Shown here: positions 29,701 to 39,500 of the stretch, piece by piece
How positions within the stretch are numbered: position 1 is the first letter of the stretch
How the letters are laid out: every line of letters begins with the position of its first letter
Virus record (IMG/VR): IMGVR_UViG_3300017978_000189
DNA length: 64,000 nt
Strand: one strand, 5' to 3'
Origin: an uncultured virus (IMG/VR IMGVR_UViG_3300017978_000189)
Taxonomy: Duplodnaviria; Heunggongvirae; Uroviricota; Caudoviricetes
Notes under the pieces: model-generated
Seen by the model: only the letters and a program-made list of their open reading frames with translations
What the model was told of the DNA's origin: nothing
Databases searched by the model: none
Made by a program: the position numbers and the translations under genes

Positions 29701-32700
29701 TACACCTTCTGTTTTATCTCCAGCAAAGTAACCGATACCAGGTACATATGCAACAGCATCACCTAAGCTAGATGAAGTTGAGCCTTCATTAACTTGAGTG
29801 TGTTTGTAGTTTAGTTCCTTCTTGTATACTTTCCAATCACCGTCACTAGATTGGTCTACCCATACTTTAGCAGGGTCATATTCACTGTGATTCAATGGAA
29901 GATACGGGATGTCTCTTGGTGTAGTGACACGGTGGCTTTGCAACAAGAAAGCTAAACCTGTGCTAGTAACACTAGTAATAGTAGAGTCAACTGTCTTGTA
30001 AACTGTCAACGCAGTAAGTCCAGGAACATCAGCTACAACATGATATCCGTCAAATCTTGTATCAAAATTCTGCAAACCGATTACTTGATTAATCTGGATG
30101 CCGTGAGGTTTGTCGAATGTAATAGTAACAGTGCCATTTAAATTATTGGTCGCAGATATTACCTGAGACGGTACTGTGATAGGAGTGAACACATCCCATT
30201 TGTTATCTTTATTTGCTACCCAAATATAATCGTTTCTGTAGATTGCACCAATTGCAGCATCATTGAAACTATCAATCGAGTATCCCATTTCAATCACATC
30301 ATCGAGGTGTACGTAACCGGCGCTTCGTAAAATGTCGTCTGTTCCAACAGCACGTTGTGGTAGAATAAATTCATTCGCTAGGGTTCTACCATAATTAGTA
30401 ACATCTGCAAATGAAACTTCTTGGTTTACGTCTGGAACACGGACGTTATTGACTAATGAAACTACAGACGGGTTGCTAGAAAGTTTACTTGCAGAAAGTC
30501 CAAATTGCACGTAGTTGTGGTTATTCACCCCGCCGAATTCACTGTTCTTGATTGCCCAGTTTTCATGTACAGAGTAACTGACTGTTTCATTTTTAATGGT
30601 TGCGTTATTCAAGCCCGCTACTGTTAATGGTGTTCCTTTAACAGCAATAGTATCAACGTGCATCTTAACCTGAGAAACTTCCGACAAGTCTGCACTTGCC
30701 AAATAATCACGTGGTCTAAATCCAACTAACGAGAAGCCTAGTAAATCAGAATCCAATGCCATGTTAGCATTGTTAATATCATAGAACAATGTTGATTCTA
30801 CTGAGCGAGATGACTGGTTCGGCAACATGCGTTGACGTACCATTTCATATGATGTTTTGATCCAATCAGTTAGGTCAAATTTATTTGTTGGGTTGATGAC
30901 TGTTTGATTAGCCATCCAATAATCATTCTTGTATTTTACAACTTGACCCTTTACGTATTTTGCGTTAGGAACCCAATCAGTGATAGAGTCTAGCGACATA
31001 ATAAAGCCTGCGTTGTTCACATAACCTTGCCATTCTGCGGTCTTTGTACCCTTAACATACATACGTTGCTGACGCAAGCCTGTAGTTAAATTAGCGATAG
31101 TGTCTCCGAAAACTGTCTTATTATCAAACACAACAACATGCTCAATTGAGCCAACGTGTCCGGAGAAGAAACTTAATGCATCTCCTGCGTTTAATGCTTT
31201 GATTGTAAGTTCGGTTCCGTTTCTGTGTACTGACAAATCAGATAAAGAGATTGGAAGCAAGTTTTGATTTAGAACAAAGTTCTGCTTAGTCAATGTCAAT
31301 GGTTCAACAATTGCATTAGGTGTGTTGATTCTCAAGACGTTTGCTGCAGGGTTTACGTTAACTGTACTGCCAACGTCCCAACCTGTTTGAATCCAGTATA
31401 ATATTTCTGCAATCATCTGGTCCCATGACAATTCGATGCTATTCTCAACATCAATGAAAGTCATACCTTGTGATTCTAAATACTTGCCGTAGCCCTTGAT
31501 GAATTCTAAAAGACTTTCAATAGTCTTAAATTCATATCCGTAAGGAACAGTTACTTTAGTTGCCGAATACTTTTTCGCCAACTGTATGTTTTTACCGTTT
31601 ACTGATAGTGTTTCATACGAACCAGATACAGGTGTCATCGCTAAGAAGAAAGCACTTGATTGTCTGTTGCCGTAAACTTTATACCCGGTTTGTGTGCGTT
31701 GTACAATTACTGAACTGTAAGTGATAGTATCAACTGCTTGGTTTCTGTGTAATAGAATACTATAGCTATCTTCTGGAATTAAAGATGCTTTAGAAGAAGA
31801 TGTTGAACTATTTTCTGTAAAGAATTTAATCATATCTTTATTAGTAAAGCCAGCTACGTTATAAGTCAAACGCACATCTGTGTTACTAAACAATGACTTG
31901 ATATCTTCAGAACCAACTGAACCGCTGTGGTTAACATAGTCAACAATCCAATTGATGTAACTATGAGCAGCAGTGGTGTCATCAGTCCCGTAAATTGTGA
32001 TTTCAGGAGGAGAAATTCTATAACGTTCGTTGGTCAAATATTGGTCAAACGTAGAACTATATTGATAGTAATCTAAGTCAATGTTCAAGTTAAAGAATTT
32101 TGCAGGAGATTGCAATGCAGTCACACGAATCAAATCAAATGCCCAAGCACTAGATTTTCTATACGCATATTCTGCAGGACCAACATCACCCATCATCCAT
32201 GTTTGCTTGAATGTTCCTACATCGTAACTAGAGATGCAATTGCTGAAAGGTGAAACCAAACGACCCAACGAGTCTGCTGGAATAATTGACATTAACCCAG
32301 GACGTACCGCAGTTTCAACAATATAGTCGTCACCGTTGTTCCATACGTAACCATTAGCAATATCTTGCCACATGAGTGTGTTATCACATGTATACGGAGC
32401 TTCTCCGTAATGACTATCCCACCACGTTGGCTTGATAGACAATCCTAACATTTCCCACGGTGTTGTGTTAGGTGTAGTGGTATCGTACAACCACAAGTAA
32501 ATACCTCTCCAGCCACCGATTGTGATAGGAGTATTATTTAACTTTAACTTAGAACCAGTATAGTTCCAAGTCCAATCATTTGATTGGTCATATGTTTGAG
32601 TTTCATAATCAATTCTATTCAAACCAACCCAATTCATAAATTGAGTTTCGTATGCACTTGCAAATGTTTTTGTTTCGTGTGTTGAGTTTCTGAAAAAGCC

Positions 32701-35700
32701 AGGAACGATATCAGCGTATTTGATAGGAGTAGTTTTATTCAACACTTTCAAGTTGTTGAAAATTCGTTGTTCGAATTCAAACAACACTCTATCACGTGCA
32801 TCTGTCAAAATACCAGCATTGTATGAACCGTATAAGCGATTGTATGAGCCATCATGACCTTTGATGAACCATGTAGGTGATACATAACTTGCATCTAATA
32901 CAACTTCAGGAATAAATGCAGGGTACAAGCCCAACTTAGTTGGAGTACTTGGTACAAATGATCCGAATGTTTGATGATACTCATTGATTTGAATCTTATC
33001 ACCTGGGATCAAATCTTTAGTAATTGTTAATTTAGCTTCATCAGTAGATACAACATAATCAACTGTGCGAGTTAGTTGAGTAGTTACAACACCTGAAGTG
33101 CCTGTTCTTGTCAAATACACTAACACACTAGAATAGTTTGCATTATCAAAATCATATATCTTAGACAAATCAAATTCAGAATTATCTAGTGTTGACTTGA
33201 ATGTGTATGTTTTAGACAACGCTTTGTTTTTCGCTGGCAGCATGTCACCCCAGAAGAAAGAGTTACTTACTGTCTTTGGTTCTGTGATGATTTCGATTAC
33301 TTCGTCAAGAAGACCGATTGCTGAGTCGATGTACGTAAAGTCATTATTTTCTAAAGTGTTGACAATCAATGCTTTGTATTTTGCATACTCATTGCTATTG
33401 AACGTCATCGCATCAAAGAAATTATAACCGTTATTACGCAAAAATGCTGCCGGTAGAGTTAGAGGAGCACTGTTCTGAATGATTCGAGTACCATAAGGAA
33501 CTAGATTATCTAAATCTCTAGAATTGTTTGCCCCGAAGGCTTGCCCCGTTAAACCCGGTGCGTTGTTAAACATTGTCTTATAGTGACCACGTAGGTCGCC
33601 TAAAGTCAATTTTTCAATCTGCTCGTTGTACGGATTGTGGTCTAAATTTAGTGGAATTTGATAGTAACCAAGTTGGCTAACCGAATCACTTAACAACATA
33701 ATATCAACTTTAGTTCCAACTTCTGGATAGGTCGAAAGTGTAATAGCTGTTGTTTGTCCAGTAGTAGTTACAGTGAACTCTGAGTTTGATTGACGGACAT
33801 TGTCAACATAAACAACGGTTGTTGCCCATGCTGTTTCAGAAGCCGATTTAACTGGGATATCACAAATAAATGTCGGCTCGAAAGGCGTTCCAGTGTAAAC
33901 CATGTTAAACACTTGGTATTGGAAACTTTCTTCAACCGCAGTTTGCCATCCTAAATTATACTTGCCATCGTTGACAACGTAGCCTGTTCTAACATTCTCA
34001 TTGATTTCTTTACCGTTCAAATTATAAGTGAAGGTATCTGAATTCAATGAAACTGTAAACTCGATATCACCCACGTTCTGAATGAAGTCATATTTGACAG
34101 GGAAGCGTAACTCAGCATCATTAGATCCTGTGCCTGTGCTATACTGAAATAATGTTGTTCCAGAGAATGATGTTGATGGGTAGAAATCCATGTCACTAAA
34201 ACTATGACCATTCTTGTCAACGATATCAAACAACGGGAATTGATTGATGTATGCTTTATCCTGTGAAGGTAGCCATGAGCTGCCATTGAAATAATAAATC
34301 TTACCTGCGTTTGAACCAGAAGTTACAGTAACTTGATCCATGTGTTTTACTGAATCAGTAGGATTTAGTGTTAACTCTAAATTAGTAACTAGATAGGTTG
34401 AGCCTGTTGCATCCCAATTACCAGTCGGCATTGTAGGATACAGTAACGTAATTTGAGATGCTGACGAACTGACAACTTGGAACGTACCTTGGAATGAACC
34501 ATTCGTGCTACTAACTAGCGACAAATACTTCTTCGCTGGAACTGTTGTAGTTTGTGGGGTAATATTAAAAGTTAAGGATGCACTTCCATCAGCATTAATG
34601 ACAGACGCACTCAAGTTAGTTACTGGAATCTGCGCTGAGTTAACTGTTTCTGAGTAGAAAACTGTATAGACAGTTGTTCGGACATCCTTGTTGCTATCGT
34701 TGGCAAACAGCACACGAGCGCCGTTGAATAACGTACTCAATGTACCATCAGGTAAGAAGTCAGTAGAACCTGCTACTGTTTTCAACGCATCAGTTTCAGT
34801 GAAGTTAATATAAGTGATGTTATCAACTGAAGTGTCACCTGAATTCATCATCTTTAGATTAGGATAGAATTCAATGATTGGACGTTTAGCCATCATCTCA
34901 ACATTACCCAATGCTCGTGACACGAGTTTTGCACCTGGGTTATGTTCTAACGTAGTTTTTAAAACATCAATATGGAACCAGCGGTTTCCACGTGACCATG
35001 CATTTTTGTTTTTGCTATTACGAGAAATAGTGATGTAATCTTTTTCGATTGGCAAGAAAGTTGTTCCATTGAATGGACCCACGTCATACGGTTGTCCATC
35101 AAAATCAGAACTCTCTGCATACGCAAAACGCTCAGGTACAATCAATTCAGAAATAGGCACTAAGTTAATACTAGAACCTACACCTTCAACATAGTATTGC
35201 CCATCGGCATACTCTTCAGGGTAAATGTTACCTGCAAACTCAACTTTCAAGCCGTTTGTAAATTTAATACCGTTGATACTGGTATAGTTTTTCTTTCCCA
35301 AGATATCATTAACGTTGATGAATGAACTATCTTCTTTCTCAACAATTCTAATAACGCCGTAGATTTCAGAGTTAGTGCCGTACTGGTAGTAGTACGTATC
35401 GCAAGGTGCAGTCACAAACGGAACTAAAATGATTTCACCGTATTCATTCTTGACAAAATCTCTGCCGTTGTATTCAACACCGTGTTGTATCTTCATCAAT
35501 GAGTTGATTGGCAATGTGTCTGCTTCAATTAATTCAATGAATTGACCGTCGTTCTTATCTCCGACGTATACAACTTTAAATGCATGTGCTGACAAACGTG
35601 AAGACGCAGTTTCATCAAAACTTGTCGTATCGTATTCTTCTGTGTCAGTGTCATACAGTTTAGTAATATTGCCTGTAGCAGTGATAGTGTGACCGTAAAA

Positions 35701-36567
35701 CAGCACAGTCTTACCTTCTAGGTCAGTAACTCCGTCAATTGATACTGAGCCTGCAGGTTGAGCATGAATCTCGCTGAATTTCAATGTAGTCGCTAAATCA
35801 ATATCAATGCCACGGCTTAATTCCCAATCTTGCTGTGCATCGATGAGTGGCACTTCAAATTTTACTGTACCGGTAGAAACACCGTTATTTTGCAAACCAA
35901 AAATGTCTCGGGTGCTGATGTTGGGTCTGTTTTCAAAGTAGCCGCTAGTGCCCTTTGTCATTTGAATGTAGAACGGTGCAGCTTGGTCAACATTAAAATA
36001 ATAAGTACCACCACGAACTAAAGTCAGTTCAGGGTTGTAGTCGCCGATTAACTCATTCTTTGCACTTATAGAAAAAGCAAGAGGTGTTGCAGTAACGTTA
36101 TAGGAAACAGTTTTGCTTAATAAAACATTCGTGACCGTGACTGCTTCAGGTCCACTAGGTAGCCAATAGTATTGACTATAGTTTACCATCTTATCTAAGT
36201 CACAGAAGCTATCAAATGAATAAAATTGATTTGAGTACAAATCTGATTCCGAAGCTACACTACCGGCGAGACGTAACGCATTGTTCAATTCAGTGTATGT
36301 CATTACATCTAACGGAGCATTAGTGTCTTTCTTTTTAAAGACTACTGCCGGGTTGAGTTGATAGGCAGAACGTTGCGTAGATGGCTCATTCAAATACTTG
36401 TCCGACGCATTCACGCCGTAACCAAATTTACTTCCAATGAAGCCTTGAAGTTTTTGAACCTGCGGTGGCTGAACCAAAGTATCTAATGTTGAAGTAAGAA
36501 ATTCTTCATTTGATTTTGTTCTAAAGATTTCTGGTAAGAAATCAAGTGTTCTAACTCTGTTTGTCAT
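20716..36567 (-). CDS. Giant 5283-aa baseplate/tail structural protein (gp7-like position) with FG-GAP-like and Asp-box repeats
   Basis: Uninterrupted ORF directly downstream of the gp6-like gene; propeller-type repeats (FGYSMDCSSDGTELIVGAP; LTSDDGLTW). Confidence 0.75.
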   Translation of the reverse strand: MTNRVRTLDFLPEIFRTKSNEEFLTSTLDTLVQPPQVQKLQGFIGSKFGYGVNASDKYLNEPSTQRSAYQLNPAVVFKKKDTNAPLDVMTYTELNNALRLAGSVASESDLYSNQFYSFDSFCDLDKMVNYSQYYWLPSGPEAVTVTNVLLSKTVSYNVTATPLAFSISAKNELIGDYNPELTLVRGGTYYFNVDQAAPFYIQMTKGTSGYFENRPNISTRDIFGLQNNGVSTGTVKFEVPLIDAQQDWELSRGIDIDLATTLKFSEIHAQPAGSVSIDGVTDLEGKTVLFYGHTITATGNITKLYDTDTEEYDTTSFDETASSRLSAHAFKVVYVGDKNDGQFIELIEADTLPINSLMKIQHGVEYNGRDFVKNEYGEIILVPFVTAPCDTYYYQYGTNSEIYGVIRIVEKEDSSFINVNDILGKKNYTSINGIKFTNGLKVEFAGNIYPEEYADGQYYVEGVGSSINLVPISELIVPERFAYAESSDFDGQPYDVGPFNGTTFLPIEKDYITISRNSKNKNAWSRGNRWFHIDVLKTTLEHNPGAKLVSRALGNVEMMAKRPIIEFYPNLKMMNSGDTSVDNITYINFTETDALKTVAGSTDFLPDGTLSTLFNGARVLFANDSNKDVRTTVYTVFYSETVNSAQIPVTNLSASVINADGSASLTFNITPQTTTVPAKKYLSLVSSTNGSFQGTFQVVSSSASQITLLYPTMPTGNWDATGSTYLVTNLELTLNPTDSVKHMDQVTVTSGSNAGKIYYFNGSSWLPSQDKAYINQFPLFDIVDKNGHSFSDMDFYPSTSFSGTTLFQYSTGTGSNDAELRFPVKYDFIQNVGDIEFTVSLNSDTFTYNLNGKEINENVRTGYVVNDGKYNLGWQTAVEESFQYQVFNMVYTGTPFEPTFICDIPVKSASETAWATTVVYVDNVRQSNSEFTVTTTGQTTAITLSTYPEVGTKVDIMLLSDSVSQLGYYQIPLNLDHNPYNEQIEKLTLGDLRGHYKTMFNNAPGLTGQAFGANNSRDLDNLVPYGTRIIQNSAPLTLPAAFLRNNGYNFFDAMTFNSNEYAKYKALIVNTLENNDFTYIDSAIGLLDEVIEIITEPKTVSNSFFWGDMLPAKNKALSKTYTFKSTLDNSEFDLSKIYDFDNANYSSVLVYLTRTGTSGVVTTQLTRTVDYVVSTDEAKLTITKDLIPGDKIQINEYHQTFGSFVPSTPTKLGLYPAFIPEVVLDASYVSPTWFIKGHDGSYNRLYGSYNAGILTDARDRVLFEFEQRIFNNLKVLNKTTPIKYADIVPGFFRNSTHETKTFASAYETQFMNWVGLNRIDYETQTYDQSNDWTWNYTGSKLKLNNTPITIGGWRGIYLWLYDTTTPNTTPWEMLGLSIKPTWWDSHYGEAPYTCDNTLMWQDIANGYVWNNGDDYIVETAVRPGLMSIIPADSLGRLVSPFSNCISSYDVGTFKQTWMMGDVGPAEYAYRKSSAWAFDLIRVTALQSPAKFFNLNIDLDYYQYSSTFDQYLTNERYRISPPEITIYGTDDTTAAHSYINWIVDYVNHSGSVGSEDIKSLFSNTDVRLTYNVAGFTNKDMIKFFTENSSTSSSKASLIPEDSYSILLHRNQAVDTITYSSVIVQRTQTGYKVYGNRQSSAFFLAMTPVSGSYETLSVNGKNIQLAKKYSATKVTVPYGYEFKTIESLLEFIKGYGKYLESQGMTFIDVENSIELSWDQMIAEILYWIQTGWDVGSTVNVNPAANVLRINTPNAIVEPLTLTKQNFVLNQNLLPISLSDLSVHRNGTELTIKALNAGDALSFFSGHVGSIEHVVVFDNKTVFGDTIANLTTGLRQQRMYVKGTKTAEWQGYVNNAGFIMSLDSITDWVPNAKYVKGQVVKYKNDYWMANQTVINPTNKFDLTDWIKTSYEMVRQRMLPNQSSRSVESTLFYDINNANMALDSDLLGFSLVGFRPRDYLASADLSEVSQVKMHVDTIAVKGTPLTVAGLNNATIKNETVSYSVHENWAIKNSEFGGVNNHNYVQFGLSASKLSSNPSVVSLVNNVRVPDVNQEVSFADVTNYGRTLANEFILPQRAVGTDDILRSAGYVHLDDVIEMGYSIDSFNDAAIGAIYRNDYIWVANKDNKWDVFTPITVPSQVISATNNLNGTVTITFDKPHGIQINQVIGLQNFDTRFDGYHVVADVPGLTALTVYKTVDSTITSVTSTGLAFLLQSHRVTTPRDIPYLPLNHSEYDPAKVWVDQSSDGDWKVYKKELNYKHTQVNEGSTSSSLGDAVAYVPGIGYFAGDKTEGVVTVYASLKDDGVYYPKNTLSYPGTNFGSVIKHANKTIVISAPHSNISQIFVYRDATDEGFSQPVLEQTIVWVGEASDIVGNSIAISGDGNHIFMNAQSGDYDSVFMYTLDPSLLKTGLGLAVASDIVVNSNSFTVAGNATQTVKDGQRVTFATSFAQLAVLAEEFVPDRSDAVDRIRESFKLEGNQTSLLSNGDTISFGDTHLKNTLFTVILSSYVPSENKTMFYIEQQPVLMVGLENGVPTYFPNIPLGTMVYKVSFDDTATYTVSTKSYNSTTDKTTFYVMSKFTHSIPSGSQLYVATMNYELVEILANPVSYVAGDQLGASIATNYDGTKLFIGAPKHNQSGSQIATGHIYAFDRLAESFEVQRDVPKSSTHLVILPWYPGISAMVYKNGKRLRTNQYLIILNAIYFGPIGFDAGDIITVKDSKVVQTGTFINGAPEDLRSGQWFGYSMDCSSDGTELIVGAPYALTSDGYEGAVYRFTDPGKRYGMLVGSTPASLNEPTYILLNGYRVNAFGISNITTTVTQNSTSVTIDPNEAKLLPESGVIRFVKFAGDSYDIAYSSVNDTTGVITFSVPFPYNVSCAPSTSQLYTPLGAATNIANRINNSNITNIFAYATEDNRLIIRLRDMSLAPSMNKLNLSVFNGNFWTMLGMMPYPMSQTIVAPHKEHQTQFGFAVKYNEANSFVVGAPTATRFAATRFDYTDETTAHTDTAFDNNMIIWEDSFTRAGAVYMYDYIDSYEEALDNMGKYVYSQPCNDITSAYGSHPMYGASVDFTNNRVIIGSPGFESLGGKVTIYKNDTGTPNWSVHRSSEQVVDINKISKIQLFNNSTNVTEVSLDYFDPLQGKLLSVVESNIDFARSVDPAAYNNGSTNTTIAWGKDHVGKIWFNTANVRFYNYHQANDVAYNSKHWGVPFPGSSVDVYTWVESSTPPNEYTGPGIVLNTTQFSVSFTTDSSDALVAKYYFWVNGTNMLSSKLGKTLTDSAIATYIKYPQESGVPFVAPLRTNVFGLYNSLDFIRGDDTFIHVGFSTTDRDVRGHTEFKLISTNTTEFLPGLPDFKKGVSEPYGLYAKYVDSFAGEDAAGATVPDASLPKLMQVGVSVRPRQSMFVNRLLALKNLVEYTNKIIIQFPVAETASATFLHSATETIDTTKYWDYSYWWATGYSEKNRPKFEVESVDILKTIEPVENLIVSVSKNSNGNREVYVVQNSEWVRIGLENGTYQFLSTVYDYAPEGIGFGNGFYDLELYDNNTAQETRYIVRAINEQLFVGDLEIHRNKSLTLMFEFIQSENIESHNYLPWLNKTKFADVNYTVRTLKQTPKYIADETSLIEGYVNEIKPFSVVLKEFVETYKVSDVVNGTATDFDLPSYYDFEAGKFVSPQVVFGVSANAEQKTINDSVWGDYRYFDWISNLGMGVKGGEAQHITNLTQYINETMIDVYVENAYTLPYQGIMYLGAEQIGYTSIDRQLGKLTGVSRGVNNTPRSVHHVGTPIFMYTPDVFVLNPGKNYQLPPKITAVIDTTVYPAPRSEALFEAVMQADKVVAVKVIQPGEGYVTTPELIVEPSATFTFDNFSTDTLGADNLIDVANSKLVTTVNVTADISSYDVVKVESVTDGEPVIADGFYYVKVSESSGSYVLTFFETYKDAKTDSKGIQFNNTVKTAGYVLNVHVTAQLVPTMRTTGVRDLKTTIKFDRVSYSSKVKEWQPGLFWSAPYSSLGNDSSSSEESSSTTILSSAQGVVLPINGLRNDNGFAVVGFDYAYSNISPGQIDNAMLQFYKVTPSYTPSIVDGTNGRAEIQIFRPKFGNNKLSEVYTIKVVSPGTIYTNDYVIRISGSELGGQDGVNDATILIKYADENTGAIIIATVSGRAAGTFDEFYVKPVNSTEVNVYSDPAMISRVPFTSFIWNGALNLTQDFGDVGNDYAYLPEPVSHDIFSQHETVSIVTYAGVIWACKESNFDEVFDPSKWTPLTTADVSMTALERIDGFYQPTIGMVPKDHQQLLKGITYPNTVYFGNKFAPEDVVEEDVILTDNLFTNSEADVKGVVFNGTNYVAVATCDGLTFVLTQTEVGTWKSTRISLQELPVTSFSYSDEKYVITLDDDTNPLLVSFDGARWIGLGDKTTYDSLDFDDGSYDDSTLQISLGGILNSATVDGEFITVGSKIDASSGCLVWTTTHTVGDAIRTFNTLRDVVFLDTEQYKGYVAVGSRIIVTDGVDTPAPTLGTAALVLTSVDAKTWSVVNSVNTMFVPVAATATPEGLVAVGESGKIMFSGNAVTWVEAFIDGDDINESIIDVAYGNGMLIAITASGIILTSDDGLTWVQQSVTVNETLFSIVFINSNFVISGQNGTLRVSSNGSTWTNILTQTLSDTTYVVKGNDFLFGYGPEEMVAGIISDKVNMTVTSAPGAYWNRDGSEQIWYYASGFSMIQVKREINETLTASFAETVANGAGAAVFIINEDGTMTRLYENFSTVAIPYTYTINWNTKTVTVNSEGLIGKTVLLELYEFGNATERQRESTETMPLFDDVNTGHSSINTGLPMLYGKDLTPVVLAQKQGEVLTRLEFGVDFTTYEGDNNSLILSLNETYDSETDYIVYSIVRTGKSSDNIDEHYVSLPETQLFTEGGTEFVISLGVTALPTPNFRNSIPSAIVEVDGVRLRFLNDYLIDENSFTLTLLNEVQEGQTVAVTMFNGITRQYMSTASEVSTDNYSTYSITVPSPDTLVPSPMSPIVYSNGQRAWVTVDGLRIDPALITFGDDNLMTIDYPVQEGQVVMATAMVSSASPNQQTYRIEIDKNNNKVIRRMNMEDTTWLVKEINDVDTEIHVQDVEYLIEKSNTQSIVEQNADGTLYAFVNGFFTDVSGVSIYDITKDVQVPYDFTALRMITGRPAVVFDDFVEVGDELTLTIYRGDTIEVNGEKIHFAEVDLENNVLLGITRGSYGTQIQPYHPVNSRVISLSSAKVMDPAYYDRVWTDTTVFQYHTFEIPLQLSQTEPAKFLQMNNI

Positions 36568-36587
36568 TACTTTATTTACCTATTTTT

Positions 36588-39500
36588 TTAACCTGCAATT
36601 TGTAACTCTGATGATGTTAATGCAGAGATTACAACGATGTCACTAGCTTGTGCTGCACTAGTAAAAATTTCATACGGTGCGCTCTTAATTTCATAGAGGT
36701 CACCAAATGATAATGAAGGGTCGTTCGGCACTAATACTGCTGAACTAATCAAATCTCCTAGTGCCGAGTGTAGGTATGCACTCAATTCACTAAAGTAGAA
36801 TGTGTCACCGAAGTCCCAGTTATCAATGCTGAAGTAGTTATTCATTTCTGTAATAATAGCGGATCTAATCTCACTATCACTAGCAGTTGTTGTGCTTGAC
36901 TTAATTACTTTGATTGTGGCACGTAATGAAGTTTCAGCTTTGCTACCAAAAAGTGGCTTGAATCTAACACTATTTAATATCACGCTATCCGTCAGCATTT
37001 TATAATCATTGACTTTATTGTATGCGTCGGATAGTTCAGCAATAGTTGGTCTGAGTGGTTCAGCAATTGTTCCTGTAGTATCACGTAACCAGTTGTTATA
37101 CTGTGTTAGGTAGTCCTGAGTCACTAGGTACATATCAATGATTGTTGAAGTCGACGGGTCCACACGGTGTGTTTCACCTGAAATATGTTTATACTGGAAG
37201 AACAATCCCTGACGACCAATCTTTACTGAGTAGTTAGATAATAATTCCAAGTTAACAATGTTAGCTGCGGTAGTGTCGTGAATCGACTGATAAAATTTAT
37301 CTTCTAACACGGCGTAGAAAACTTGTCCTACAGGGAATTCGTATTTAACAACTGCAATATCAGATTGTGTACCGTAATTAGATACGATAGCAGATGACGG
37401 AACTAACTCAACACGAGTTAGTTTATTGACATCTGTTACGATTTTAAAGAAAGTAAAATGCAATGTATTGCGAGTGTTAAACTGGTACCCAGTAACTTGT
37501 GTAAAGAAGTCAGGGTTTTTAAATGTATTGTTTGCAGTGATATCACCCAACGATACTTCAACACTGAAGTCGTCAACATAACCATCTGTCTCAGTTGTTT
37601 GTCCTACTACATTCAATGATATCTCATTTGCCAATGGATAGTTATTACCGTATTGAGAATTTGTCTTTAGTATAGTCACAGAATCTTGCGCTACTTTACC
37701 AGTAGTTGGATCGTAAACAGAACGGTTACGCTCAAATGTAAATCTAATATCAGACACACTACCGAAGTAGAATGACAGTGATTTATAAGATACAATGTAT
37801 TTACCATATCCCAAGCCTCTGAATCTCACAAAATAGTTAGTAGCATTGTAAGGCTGAACTGACCAACGTTCCTGAGTTGATAGGAGTGTGCTGTCATATG
37901 CTAATGAAAAATCTTGAGACAAGATAATGTTATTAACTATTTCTTGAGTAAGCAATGATCCAAACTCATTAGTGAATGACGGTATAACTGTATTAAGTAT
38001 TGCTCCATCAGGGATGTAGTTTGTCAAGGTGATTGGACCGTCTCCTGTAGGCAAATTGCCAACACCACTATTGCTACCATCGCCTACGACACTCGCAACA
38101 CTAGTCCAAACATAAGTTACATCACTCGGTCCAGCGATGCCAGAGACCAACTTATTGCCCTTCGTGAAGTATTTGCCAGACGGAGCTACAAATTTAATCA
38201 TCGATCCAGTAGTCAGATATTTGATGTTATTGCCGGCAACAATGCCTACCGAAACAGGTGCTTGTCCTGCATTATAGAAATAACCTGTACTAGAATCAGC
38301 ATTGAATACAGTTTGATTCCAATATATAGTACCATCACCTGACTCAGTATTAATCTGATATCGAGTGTACGCTTGAGAGTAATATTGATAAGCACGGTAA
38401 CTGCCCAAAGCTGACGACAAATCACGAGTTAAGAATTTAATGATATCGTTAGTAGTTGATGCAGTGAACGTGACGAAATCATCATTTCTATCCATATACA
38501 AGCCGCCATCTTCCGCAAAGTCGTTCGTACTAGAATATTTGCCAGTAGGGTCAGCTAAGTCAAAGTTGCGACTTACGCCAACGCTTGAACGATTAATTGC
38601 CTTTGATTTTACGATACTGTTGAACATAGTAAACGGGAAGTTGTTATAATCTTCTCCGTTAACCATACGATTTTGTGTGTAGAATCTTTGCGGAGCACGG
38701 ATCTTAATATCAGTTAACGTTTCACGTGATTGCGCTGTTGCGTTTGGCAACATCAACTCTAAAGACAATGTTATTTTTTCAGTTCTGTTATTTTTACTGA
38801 TGTAAGAAAGAGTGACCGTTGTTCCTTGCATTTCGCTTGGGTCGATAACATATGACAATCCATTGCTTGTTCTGATGTATGAAGCAAAATTGCCGACAGG
38901 AATCTCTCCGAACACACCGTCACCGAAGTTACATGTAATCTGGTCGTTGTACCCAGATGTTACACTGAATAATTTTTTTGATGAGCTTGATGATTGACTC
39001 GTGAACACACTTTCTACTTTTTTCCACTCAGTAGGTAATAGCGTGATTGGATCATATTCATATAACCAAACATCTTCATTGTTAATGCCCTGGACGTTGA
39101 TATCTATGTTTTGATTTTCAAGCTGTGCATCGAACGAGAAAGGGAATTGCTGTAGTGAGCCTTGTTTGAAATAAACAAAAAAGCCTGTGTTAGAACTACT
39201 GTACCCTAGCTTATCATTTCGATACAATAAATTGAATACGTTGCTAGACCCAGGAGAGATTTCATACAGTTTATCTGCGCCAACACTCGTCATGCTAGTA
39301 CATTCGAACGTCATATTGTTGCCATCTACTACTGCTCCAAACGGTGCAACAGGAGAAGAATTTTGCGGGATTCTTATTGAATACTCGTCTGTTTTAACTT
39401 CTAAAATATTAGCAGAATTTCCAGGACGACCTACACGTTGACCGTCAACAAGCGCGGCGTTGATGATAGCATTAAATTGCTCTTGCCAGTTTACGTTAGC

